The notes under the pieces: generated by a model
The model's database searches: none
Seen by the model: the letters and a program-made list of their open reading frames with translations, nothing else
What the model was told of the DNA's origin: nothing
Program-made: the position numbers and the translations under genes
Origin: Camelus ferus
Taxonomy: Eukaryota
Assembly: GCF_009834535.1 (NCBI RefSeq)
Contig: NC_045697.1
Location: 118,484,001-118,548,000, forward strand
Direction: 5' to 3'
Length of the DNA stretch: 64,000 nucleotides
Part shown: positions 55,601 to 64,000 of the stretch, one piece after another
How positions within the stretch are numbered: position 1 is the stretch's first letter
Layout of the letters: every line of letters begins with the position of its first letter

Positions 55601-58600
55601 CAAAGTTGGGACAAAATGAGCTGGAAAGGCCTGTCCTGTTGCACGTGGATGCTGTGGCACTCGTGAAATTTCAGAGAGGAAGGGACTTTGGAAATTTTAG
55701 ACAGCTTTTAAAATAAAAAAGTGCTGTTAATATTTTAAAACCTACTTGAGCAAGAATACAGGAAGGCATAGAAATGTAATGATATATATATATATGATAC
55801 ATATGTGACAATATAGCTTCATGAATATAAATATGAAAATTTGATTAAAACATGGCAAAATGTGGAACATAATTTGGTTTTAAGTTGTTTTGATAAAATG
55901 AATATTAAGAGCATATGGGAGCAGGGGGGATGGTATAGCTCAGTGGCAGAGTACATGCCTAGCATGCAGGAGGTCCTGGGTTCAATCCCTAGTACCTCCA
56001 CTAAAAAAATAAATAAAACCCTAATTACCTACCCCTCAAAAAAAGAACTTAAAAAAAAGAGCATATGGGAGCAACCTAAATGTCCATCTACATGACTAGA
56101 TAAAGAAGAGGTGATGTGTGTGTGTGTGTGTGTGTGTTTTCCACACAATGGAATACTACTCAGTCATGAAAAAGAATAAAATTCTGCCATTTGCCACAAC
56201 ATAGAATGGCCAGGAGGGTATTAAGCTTAGTGAAATATGTCTGATAGAGAAAGACAAATACTGTATGTTATCACATATATATGGGATCTGAAAAAAATCA
56301 AACTAATGAATTTTTTTTTTAAAAAAAAGCATATGCTGCACCTTCGAATAACAAATGGGGATGGGTAAGGGGGGATGCAATGAGGGCACACTTAGATGGG
56401 TGTAGCACCCAGACTTCCAAGAGTGACTATCATGTAAAGGAGCCTTTCCTATCTTTCAGGGGAGCTGGCAAAGGGAAAAGCTGAGAAACTTTGGTTCTGG
56501 AGTAAAACTAGTAACAGCTACCATTTATGAGGCAGTTCTCTTTCACAACCTGTGTGAAGCACTTTACAGACATCATCCACCATCTCACAATCCTGGGGAG
56601 GTCACATATCTAGCTTATATTACAGCCAAGCATTTGATGAATACTGGAGTAAGAACCTCTTTTATAGGTTCCTCGTTATAGGAACCGTAATGATTAATTC
56701 CTTTTTTTAATTGAAGTATAGTCCGTTTACAACATTGTGTCAATTTCTGGAGTACTGCATATAATGATTAATTCATGATAAACAAATTCAACCAGATGCG
56801 TTACTTTCAAAACTGGAAAATAAGAGTATACTGCCCAACAGCCCAATGTTCCCATGTGTAAGTTACAGGCAGAAAAACCCAGACATAGTGAGAGTAGAAA
56901 TAGCCCGACGTCTCTAGACTTTATCTGAAAGCGAGTATTGTTATTACATGCTTTCCTATCCTCTGTGCCTGAATACCGGACTATGCTCATTAAAAACAAG
57001 CTTAATGAGAGAATGAAAGAATGTTTAGGTCAATGAGTGAAAAAGCTTGCTGCCCTGCTAGAGGAAGTCAGATAAAACCATGCTGAACAATTATGCCTTC
57101 TCTGCACAGGGGAGATTACGGACAGCCTCCTAGAGGAACTTACTCCAGTATTTACCAACTAACAGTGTCATTAGTTCATCTTCAAATCTCATACCAAGAT
57201 TTTGATCCAAATTTTTCTCTCAGTTCTCTGTAAAGCAGAGAAGAGCTAACCCGTACACCATGTCGCACTCTGGACTCTGGACTCTTCTTTTTATGTCATC
57301 CCTTGTCCTGCTCAACTCTAGGCAAGAGAGTTTTCAGGAAGGTGTTTTTTGTTTCTAATAGACTCTTTTTAACTGAAATATAGTCAACTTACAATGTTGT
57401 GTTAGTTTCTGGTGTACAGCATAGGGATTCATTTATACATGTATATATACATACATATATTCCTTTTCACATTCTTTCCCATATGGTTTACCCCAAGATA
57501 CTGAATATAGTTCCCTGTGCTGTACAGCAGGACCTCGCTGTTTATCTATTTCATATATAATAGGTAGTATCTGCAATAAGATTTTTAATCATCTTAGATT
57601 TTTTTCATTTTTTGAATCCATCTTAACGTCCTAGTGAAGTTAGAAAATCTAAAACTGAGCCCAGTAATTTGATGTGAAGTTGCTTTAGTCAGGGCCACTG
57701 GGTAAGGAGGTGATTAAACCAAGGATTTAGGAGCTTTCTGAATATGTATGTCCTGACCTCATTTTTTTTTTTCCTGAAATGGTTGCTGTTTATCCTCACT
57801 TAGGACCCAGGACATCTAGAAAGGGCCACCTGAAAACAGAAAGGAAACCAACAAGGCAGGATCTGAAGTCGATTCAGACGGCTCTCTGGCTTTTTGATAC
57901 ATGTTTATGGCCACAATCAGTTCAGAGGGACAGAGGACAGCCCAGGCATCAGAAGATCCCACCCACCACCTCTTTTTGCTATTTGGGAGCTAAGAATGGC
58001 TTCTGCATTTTTGACATTTGACTGCTGTACAGGTACGCGTACAATCCTCGATACTGAATCCTGGCCTGCAGCACCAAAAATACTTACTGACCCTTTAAAG
58101 GAAACTGTCCCTCTTGACAATTTTTTTTCTTAAAAAGAGGAATTTAAAGCTCTTGGGAAATGGTTATACTATTGGTAGGAGGGAACGTGGGTACGGAGTT
58201 TACAGTGAAGCATTTCTGGCTTTAACCAGTCAGAATCTTCCATCTGGAATCTGTTACTTAGGACTGTCTTTGTCACTAAATGTGTGGCTTCCTTTCTCAT
58301 GAACCATGGATGGCCGTTTCCTCCCAAACCAAAACAGTAGTATACGATGTTTTATAAACAGCAACAATTCAGATAGTTTCTCACAGAGCAAAAAGGAAGA
58401 TAACAGGAGTTTGGTATGTACTGAGACAAAAAAAAAATGTTTTTTATATATTCAGTTTTCATAAAAAGGCAGAACTGAGAGTATCTTGGAGCAGTGTTCG
58501 CTGTGCTCCACCTCGGAGGAGATGGGGAGGTCAGAGGAGGGGTCAGGATCTCCCCAGGAACACTTTAACATGAGACCTTTCCAACTTCTCCCCTCCTGCC

Positions 58601-61600
58601 CCCAGGCACTGAGACTCTGCCACGCTAAGCAAATGCTCTTCCAGGGAACACACAGGCATCCCTCTGGGACGCTGACCGGGGAAAACCAAGGAGCTGTTAT
58701 AACACCCTCAGTGCAGAAAGCTGAGCATCTCTCCTCCAGATGATAAACTGGGTCCGAGACAAGATGGGCTCCAGCAAGACAAATGCTTAGACAAAAACGA
58801 ATCAGACCAACACCTGGACTGCAAACCCTGCTATAACTAATAGCATTTCCCTTGCAGGAGCACATAATCCCCGTGGTAATTCTGTAGGAAAAAGATTCAT
58901 GTGATTTGCTTCATTTTACCGGAAGAAAAAGTGTGTTGTATGATTTAAATTATTAGCACCTAAATGAATTAAGAACATCGCCTGAGGCTACTTAAAGATA
59001 TATTCATGAATTAGAAGATGTTGATATTTAATTAAAAATTAATAAATTATTTTAAAGTAAAATGCAACAGTATCCTTAGTGTGGTTTGGTAAAGTTCTCA
59101 CCTCAGAGGAATTTGTAAAATTTTTAGATATTTTGATCTTCTGTGTGGAATAGCTGGCCAATGTAAACAAATCATTTGATAATTTAATTTTTTACATTTC
59201 TGAAACATTTCTCTATGATATGTCACTTTTCACCTCTGTATCTGACAACGATCTAAACTCATAATGGGTAAGACACGTTCTAAATCCGAGTAATATATAT
59301 AAGACCGTTTAATCATAACAGCCATCTTTTATTGTGCTCTCAAAACTCATATTCACTGTCATCGCTTATCCACCAGGAAATCTGGGAATTTCTATCTTAC
59401 CAATGAGAAAATATTATGTGGGAGATATATATGATGCTTTCATAAATTCACAAAGAAAGTGGTTTAAAAGCGAACTCATCTACAAAACAGAAACAGACTC
59501 ACAGATAAAGTAAACAATCTTAGTTACCAGTGGGAAAGACGGTGCGAAGGGATAACCTGGGAGTTTGAGATTTGCATATACTAACTACTGTATACAAAAC
59601 AGATAAACAAGTGTCTTCTGTACAGCACAGGGAACTATATTCAATACAATCTGTAATGAAAAAGACTATGAAAAGGAATATATGTATGTACATGTATGAC
59701 TGAGACATTATGCTGTAACCAGAAACCGACATTGTAACTGACTACACTTCAATAAAAAAAGATAAACAAAAGTGGTTTAAAATCTTGCTCTTGATGCCTG
59801 CTTTCTCTGTGACACAGTCTACCAAGCAAAATAAAAACTGTAATTAATAAAGTTAACTAATAAACAGAAAATTCCAATTCCAAAGTAAGCTTTAGTGCCT
59901 AGGTTTTCACTTCACTGAACTGCATAAATGCCCAATCTCCATTTCTCTTTAGAATATGCAGATGTGCCCCTGGGGGGTAAAGTAAACCTCTTATGGAACA
60001 AGAAACAGTGCTCAATAATACAGACCCAAAGGAAGGAAAAGCTGCATTCCACTGCTTAATATTTAACCCTGGTCATTTCCATGGAAACAGATTTGTGTAA
60101 GAAATCACTGTCATGTAACTGCATAATAAAGCCTGCTAGAATTGACTGCTAATAATTGTAGTCTATTTAGGAAAAACAGCATGAGATCATCACCTACTTG
60201 ATATAAGAAAATGAAATCAGTGAGTACAGGAAATCAGAGTAAATAACAATGTGGTCTCAGTCCCTCTGCCTCTCTTTGAAGGTGGCAGTTACACTGCCCC
60301 AATATGAAAATCCACACGGTACAGGGTTTTGGTGTAGCTACTTCGCTGTGGTCATCTAAACAAGTTAACGCGCAAATTTCACTAGAGTGGGAGAGAAAGA
60401 AAGAGATTTAAACTATGAGATTTCAACTTTGTTAAACCTCTAACTTTGCAAGATTGAGATGCTCAGTGTGTTCGCAGGGAGAGTGGCCCATCACTGCAGC
60501 ACGTTCGGACTCTCAGGTGGGTGGGCTTTTCTGCGCACACCCAGAGCACGCGGCTCACAGCTCTGGACTGAAACCAGGACGCCCTCCCACAAGTGGCAGG
60601 CTTCACCACAACAGAAACAAAAAAAGGGGGGGGGGCATTTTATTCAGATGAATAAATGCACTCAACCAACAGTCTCGGGCAAAGTGGGTTTCAGCATCCC
60701 CAAAGGGCCGCACGGTGTTTGCTGATGTGGGCAAGGTGTGTAAACGACAAACGAGCTGGTTTCCAAGGCCTCTGGAAGCCCGAGCACGGCCGAGGCCTCT
60801 TGGTCCCCCGGTCCCTCCGCGTGGGAGCCGCCGGCCCCCAGGCCCGGGAGCGGCGGGCGGGCGGCGCGTTCCCACGCCCGGGCCGGGTCTGGAGGCCGCG
60901 GTGACCCCGGCCCCCCCCGCCCCCACCCTCGCCGCCCCGCCCGCCGCCCCTCCTCCGGGTCCGCTCCGGGGCGTGGGAGCGCGGCTGCGGCGGGAGTGGC
61001 GGGCGGAGCAGCGCCAAGGATGCGCGCCCCGCCACCCGGCAGGAAGCGGAGGATGCGGCGAGGCGCAGGGGCTGTAGCGGGCCGGGCGAGGCCGGGGCAG
61101 CCGGTCACTTACTTGATGTCCTCCCACACCTCCAGGCCGTAATTGCGGATCACCAGCAGCTCCAGCGCGTGATTCACGAATCCGTACTGCGGGGGCAGGA
61201 AACCGGGTGTCAGGGGCCAGCTGCGGGTGGGAAGGGGCGGGGGCCCTGCGCTGGACACTGGGGCCCGCGCCCTGCTTGCGCTCCGTTCCTGCGGGCGGAC
61301 GGGTCCTCGGTGGTAAGGCCGGGCAGCCCAGGGGCGCCACCCCTGCCCCAGTCAGGGGCAGACCCTCCCGGTCTCTTCCGCCCCACCCCAGGACCCGCTC
61401 ACCTGTCACCGCGTGGAGGTCGGCCGGGCATCCGGAAAGCGTGGCGGAGGGGACCGAACCCGACGCCTCCCCGGCCGCTCGGCCGCCCTGAACCGGGAGA
61501 CACGCGCCTCGGCCGCACGTCCCCTCCCCAGCTCCGGAAGCAAAGGCACCGGCCGCCCCCGCCGCGACCCCCGACGTCCCCGTCTCCCCACTCCGGATGC

Positions 61601-61659
61601 AGGCCGACGGCGGGAAGGCCCGGCGAGCGTCTCCGAACCCAGCCGGGAGCACTCACCAT
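16608..61659 (-). CDS. GUCY1B1: Soluble guanylate cyclase subunit beta-1, 14 coding exons, 619 aa if the extra base in exon 12 is removed (H-NOX, PAS, coiled-coil and cyclase domains)
   Basis: The spliced translation [18 protein letters not shown]...[13 protein letters not shown] matches mammalian sGC beta-1. Exon lengths 3, 74, 101, 119, 198, 231, 117, 134, 198, 238, 141, 156, 127 and 24 sum to 1861 nt, one more than the 1860 needed. Confidence 0.98.
17610..17736 (-). CDS. GUCY1B1: GUCY1B1 exon 13 ([42 protein letters not shown])
   Basis: ttcag|A TGT CTT ... AAG|gtatga, 127 nt. Confidence 0.97.
18070..18225 (-). CDS. GUCY1B1: GUCY1B1 exon 12 ([23 protein letters not shown] [+1 frameshift] [29 protein letters not shown])
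   Basis: gacag|ATA ACA ... TAC AG|gtaaga, 156 nt where the phases require 155. It reads TGT C CTT TTC GGA AAT, with one extra base. Confidence 0.95.
18712..18852 (-). CDS. GUCY1B1: GUCY1B1 exon 11 ([47 protein letters not shown])
   Basis: cttag|GTG GAG ... CAG|gttagt, 141 nt; cyclase VETVGDKY motif. Confidence 0.98.
19750..20460. other. Intragenic CpG-rich island spanning exon 10
   Basis: Dense CpG in the exon and both flanks against an AT-rich background. Confidence 0.7.
19868..20105 (-). CDS. GUCY1B1: GUCY1B1 exon 10 ([38 protein letters not shown]...NPFVYK)
   Basis: aacag|G CTG CTG ... TAC AAG|gcaagt, 238 nt, with a GC donor. Confidence 0.97.
22422..22619 (-). CDS. GUCY1B1: GUCY1B1 exon 9 ([26 protein letters not shown]...EKKKTDT)
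   Basis: gacag|C GTG ATG ... GAC AC|gtaaga, 198 nt; end of PAS domain and coiled coil. Confidence 0.98.
25158..25291 (-). CDS. GUCY1B1: GUCY1B1 exon 8 ([44 protein letters not shown])
   Basis: tcaag|GAA GGA ... CCA AG|gtaatc, 134 nt. Confidence 0.97.
25657..25925 (+). mobile_element. Younger camelid-type L1 3' end
   Basis: Very similar to the copy at 38780; aataaa plus A tail. Confidence 0.85.
26060..26275 (-). mobile_element. L1 3' end, tail-to-tail with a short plus-strand L1 tail at about 25985-26045
   Basis: gatattgaatatagttccctgtg...ggaccttgttgtttatctattttatata. Confidence 0.85.
26992..27108 (-). CDS. GUCY1B1: GUCY1B1 exon 7 ([39 protein letters not shown])
   Basis: tttag|CTC CAG ... 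AAG|gtaatc, 117 nt. Confidence 0.97.
27315..27725 (+). mobile_element. L1 3' end
   Basis: gtggaatctaaaaaaaatgacacaaatgaactt...acagactcacagac...cacagggaactatattcaatatc...aataaaa. Confidence 0.9.
28029..28200 (+). mobile_element. tRNA-derived SINE with TSD
   Basis: TSD caaagggaaaa at 28016-28026 and 28201-28211. Confidence 0.88.
28865..29095 (-). CDS. GUCY1B1: GUCY1B1 exon 6 ([11 protein letters not shown]...YRVLPQ)
   Basis: atcag|GTT ATT ... CAG|gtagcc, 231 nt, open frame. Confidence 0.97.
31959..32156 (-). CDS. GUCY1B1: GUCY1B1 exon 5, with heme ligand His105 and the YxSxR motif
   Basis: gcag|AAT CTC GAC ... AAG|gtaac, 198 nt. His105 codon at 32139-32141; HYYSERE intact. Confidence 0.98.
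32370..32510 (+). mobile_element. tRNA-derived SINE
   Basis: gggggagggtgtagctcagtggtag...gaggtcctgggttcaatcccc; imperfect TSD aagaaaaacat / aagagaaacat. Confidence 0.88.
33385..33905 (+). mobile_element. MLT1-type MaLR LTR
   Basis: Diagnostic 3' end aaactgtaggataataaatctgtgttgttttaagccctatgtttgtggtaactggtt...agcaata. Confidence 0.8.
37465..37936 (+). mobile_element. Complete solo ERV LTR (472 nt) with 4-bp TSD
   Basis: CAGG|TGCCAACT ... AATAAA ... AGTAGACA|CAGG. Confidence 0.8.
38715..39425 (-). mobile_element. MLT1-type MaLR LTR interrupted by an L1
   Basis: ctgctgcataacaa...ccccaaacttactggcttaa is the reverse complement of the MLT1 3' end; the element resumes after the L1 tail. Confidence 0.7.
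38779..39007 (+). mobile_element. Younger L1 3' end with TSD
   Basis: TSD cacaaaatg at 38770-38778 and 39008-39016. Confidence 0.88.
42170..42440. mobile_element. MER33/MER3-like MITE
   Basis: ttttctagcagtcat...gctgaaattactgttaatgatatattt...ccaaaataatatcttttcaacac, in opposite orientation to the 10.3 kb copy. Confidence 0.55.
42742..43110 (+). mobile_element. L1 3' end
   Basis: tatgatatcacttacatgtggaatcta...ggttaccaaaggggaaagg...aacaacaaggacctactgtatagcacagggaac. Confidence 0.9.
44202..44320 (-). CDS. GUCY1B1: GUCY1B1 exon 4 ([40 protein letters not shown])
   Basis: aatag|ATCTC ... CAG|gtgagc, 119 nt; lies within track ORF 44175..44492. Confidence 0.97.
45793..45893 (-). CDS. GUCY1B1: GUCY1B1 exon 3 ([33 protein letters not shown])
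   Basis: ttctag|AAAAGAG ... CTCA|gtaagt, 101 nt. Confidence 0.97.
46195..47090 (-). mobile_element. L2 fragment
   Basis: cagcaaacatttgttgagtccctatgtgcgccagg (L2 3' end) followed by a purine-rich body. Confidence 0.65.
52796..52926 (+). mobile_element. tRNA-derived SINE inserted in a MIR-like segment
   Basis: Near-perfect TSD taaagtcttgaagcc / taaaatcttgaagcc. Confidence 0.88.
55250..55610 (+). mobile_element. Old L1MA-type 3' region
   Basis: gtggcgggtaccaggggctggg...agtgttctcaccacacacac...caccttaaactcacacaatgttatgtgccaatt. Confidence 0.7.
55924..56056 (+). mobile_element. tRNA-derived SINE with 17-bp TSD
   Basis: TSD aagagcatatgggagca at 55907-55923 and 56057-56073. Confidence 0.92.
56065..56310 (+). 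mobile_element. L1 ORF2-end / 3' UTR fragment
   Basis: gcaacctaaatgtccatc...acacaatggaatactactcag...ctgccatttgc...gaaagacaaatactgtatg. Confidence 0.85.
57365..57575 (-). mobile_element. L1 3' end
   Basis: ttacaatgttgtgttagtttctggtgtacagc...gaatatagttccctgtgctgtacagcaggacct. Confidence 0.85.
59470..59768 (+). mobile_element. 5'-truncated L1 with 14-bp TSD
   Basis: TSD aaagtggtttaaaa at 59456-59469 and 59769-59782. Confidence 0.92.
61113..61186 (-). CDS. GUCY1B1: GUCY1B1 exon 2 ([25 protein letters not shown])
   Basis: cag|TAC ... ATC AA|gtaagt, 74 nt, N-terminus of the H-NOX domain. Confidence 0.97.
61657..61659 (-). CDS. GUCY1B1: GUCY1B1 exon 1, coding part (ATG only)
   Basis: GACACC ATG|GTGAGT: Kozak-like context followed directly by a consensus donor. 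Confidence 0.93.
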
Positions 61660-61864
61660 GGTGTCCGCCCCCGGGCTGGGGACGCCGCCCCGCGCCGAGG
61701 CTCGGCGGAGGGACCAGGAGGCGGCTGCGGCGGCGACCGCGCAACGAGCCCGCGGCGCAGCGTCGAGCGGCCCCGGCGCCCAGCCCCGCGCGCCCTGATT
61801 GCCAGCGACGCGCAGCGAACCGCCGGGCGAGCCGCAGGCCTGGCCGCCGCCCCCCGGGCTTCCA

Positions 61865-61869
61865 CCAAT
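61865..61869 (+). promoter_or_regulatory. CCAAT (NF-Y) box about 205 nt upstream of the ATG
   Basis: CCACCAATCGGC in the proximal promoter; a degenerate GCAATCAG lies on the minus strand near 61795-61802. Confidence 0.65.
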
Positions 61870-62091
61870 CGGCGCAGCGGAGCGAATTCGGATGCGCGCG
61901 GGGCCCGCGCTCGGGCCTTCCCACCCCCGCCCCGGTGACCCACCCGGCTGGTGCTGGAGGCCGCGACAGGGACCGCGGAGGAGCCACCGCGGAGCTCCCC
62001 GCACGGCCCGGGGCAAGGAGAAGGCAGTGCCGGGGACTCATCAATGTGCTCTTATCCAGAGGGTGCCCTTGGGTAGCGAAACCAGGGAGGG

Positions 62092-62093
<2 letters not shown>

Positions 62094-62129
<36 letters not shown>
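62094..62129. repeat. (GT)18 microsatellite upstream of the promoter
   Basis: Uninterrupted dinucleotide run. Confidence 0.95.
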
Positions 62130-62130
<1 letters not shown>

Positions 62131-63647
62131 TTTTGCAACGCACAAGCCTTAAAAGGAATCCGCCCTCCCTCGTGGTCAGCATCCTCATGTTCACAGTCGT
62201 GGTGCAGATAAACATTTCCTTTGTGGCTTGGTCCCTCCACAGTTTAAGGCAAACTGAAAGCTATTAATACAGCGCTCCACACGCTCCACTCTTAGTCACT
62301 GAGCCCAGTGGGTGAGCCAGCTGGAGCTGTCAGTGGTAGAGTTTTGGTGTGGGTCCTGTCAAAACCAGCTCTGCCCGTGACCAGCCTGCCCAGCAAGATC
62401 TAGTGAGGTTCTGGGCTTGATCCTGGGGGGACCCCGACCCTGCGCCCGGGCTGGGAGCCACCTCTCGCTGCAGGAGGGCATCTCCGACTGTCCACAATTT
62501 GGCCTCTGTTGCTGTGTTTCAGAGGTAACTGCTGAACTGGAAAAGGCCTGTACAAAACGAGCAGACTTTAATTACTCTACCTCCCAGTCTACTTTCTACC
62601 AGGCTCTTAGGATGGTTAATGCCCTGAGCCCCACCACCGGGACCCGATGGGAGAGCAGGGCCTGTCTGTTGACTAAAACTCCAGTGCCTGGGGTGTGTGG
62701 ATACCTGGACTGTTGTAGGTCAACAGTGAGGACGGAAAGGCAAGTTTCGCTTCTAGGTCACCGGCTCAGAGCAACTGAGAAGCCACGATGGTCTGCCACG
62801 ATGGTCTTCCACGATGGGCGGGTCAGATCAAATGTCAAAGCAATAAAACTCTAGGTTGTTCTGATGACGTACAGATTTAAAAGATGTGGTTATCACAAGT
62901 CTGTTGAGGGGGAAAACTGCTGAGTAAAATAAGCAACTTGGAAAAAAGTAAAATAAAACCATACAGGCTTCTGTACGCAGGCACTTCTGTTGAAACATGA
63001 TTGATACAGAAATATTATATAGCAAACAAACAAAACAATTTCTATTACTAATGGTGGAATTTTTAAATAAATTTGAGGCTTTCATACAATGAAACACTTT
63101 GTATAATTATTAAAATATTAAGCCATTCTCGAACGTTAACAATTAATTTTGTTAGAACAGCCCATTACTCTAAACAGCCATGAAAAAGCTGGACGCATAG
63201 TGATGAGGAAGATAGCGTTAAATGGACAAGTGGCATGTGTATGTAATCACCTCCAGTGTTTTGTCTGTAAAGTGCTTGTGTAGAGTAAGGTGCTAATTGG
63301 ATAACAACACACCCGTTGTTATAAACGTAAGCTTTTGGGAAGATGCAGAGGAGAGTTCTGAGATGCCTACTGTCTCTCATTAGAACAAGTGGCTGGAGGA
63401 ACCAACATTTTTACTTTTTGATTTTTTTCTACACAGATGTAATTTTTTTTAAACTTGTGAAAAGACTTTTTGATGTATCTCGACCTGTCTTCCTTTGAAC
63501 GGCAGTAGGACCCATGGTATGTCTCAGTCCAGAGTGTGCCACTGTGCCCCACACTCAGATTCTCTAAGTAAAGGGAGAGAATGTTGCTCTCTGGTGATGG
63601 AAATGGAGGGAAGTCCACCAGGAGAAGGATGTGAAAGGAAAGGAAGG

Positions 63648-63930
63648 ATGCTGAGCATCTTTTCCTGTGCCCGTCGGCCAACTGTATGTCTTTTCCTCAT
63701 TGGAGAAACGTCCATTTTCTGTCTTGTGCCTGTTTTTCACTGGGTTGTTCAGGGTTTTTTGCTATTGAGTTGTATGAGCCGTTTGTATATTCTGGAAATT
63801 AAGCCTTTGTCAGCTGCATAACCTATAATGAAAAAGAATATATATGTGTAAGTATGACTGAATCACTACACTGTCCACAAGGACCTAACACAACACTGTA
63901 AATTAACTTCAATAAAACAAGGAAAAAAAT
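63648..63930. mobile_element. Minus-strand L1 ORF2 piece joined to a plus-strand L1 tail
   Basis: gatgctgagcatcttttc...tatattctggaaattaagcctttgtcag abuts ataacctataatgaaaaagaat...aataaaa. Confidence 0.75.
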
Positions 63931-64000
63931 GGTGGGCTTCCCTGCCAGCTTTGTTTCTCTCTCTGAAATTCAAACTTCTGCTCTCATAGTCCATTTTGTC

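Larger units (their letters stand above)
60700..62030. promoter_or_regulatory. CpG island promoter covering exons 1-2 of GUCY1B1
   Basis: Very high GC and CpG density, several GC boxes, no obvious TATA box. Confidence 0.92.

Noticed and set aside
16608..61659. Calling GUCY1B1 a pseudogene
   Set aside because: Only one lesion; all other exons, His105, YxSxR, splice sites and the promoter are intact.
60603..62267. Long overlapping ORFs (up to 349 aa) in both directions
   Set aside because: Low-complexity G/A/P/R-rich translations caused by stop-codon depletion in the CpG island. The real coding content is the ATG and exon 2.
62300..64000. Exons of GUCY1A1 upstream of the gene
   Set aside because: Only unique non-coding DNA and L1 pieces seen.
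1..64000. CRISPR arrays, operons, or prokaryotic/viral inserts
   Set aside because: No regularly spaced repeats or long intronless ORFs of that kind; the sequence is consistently mammalian.

Overview
Mammalian genomic DNA, probably camelid (judged from the tRNA-derived SINE family and L1 3' ends). The window holds one complete protein-coding gene on the minus strand: GUCY1B1, the soluble guanylate cyclase beta-1 subunit (NO receptor). I placed all 14 coding exons from the ATG at 61657-61659 to the TGA at 16608-16610, with a CpG-island promoter carrying a CCAAT box at about 60.7-62.0 kb. The main anomaly is in exon 12, which is 156 nt where the frame needs 155. One extra base at 18155/18156 shifts the frame immediately after Cys541 and gives a premature TGA at 18082-18084. 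The other 13 exons are intact, so an assembly or consensus error, or a heterozygous allele, is more likely than a fixed gene loss. Other points: a GC-AG intron after exon 10, an in-frame internal acceptor in exon 10, a few apparent lineage-specific substitutions, and patchy CpG/GC enrichment inside the gene. The rest is intron and intergenic DNA rich in SINE, L1, L2, MaLR/ERV LTR and hAT remnants. I found no convincing previously undescribed system. Repeat family names and ortholog comparisons come from memory, not from a search.
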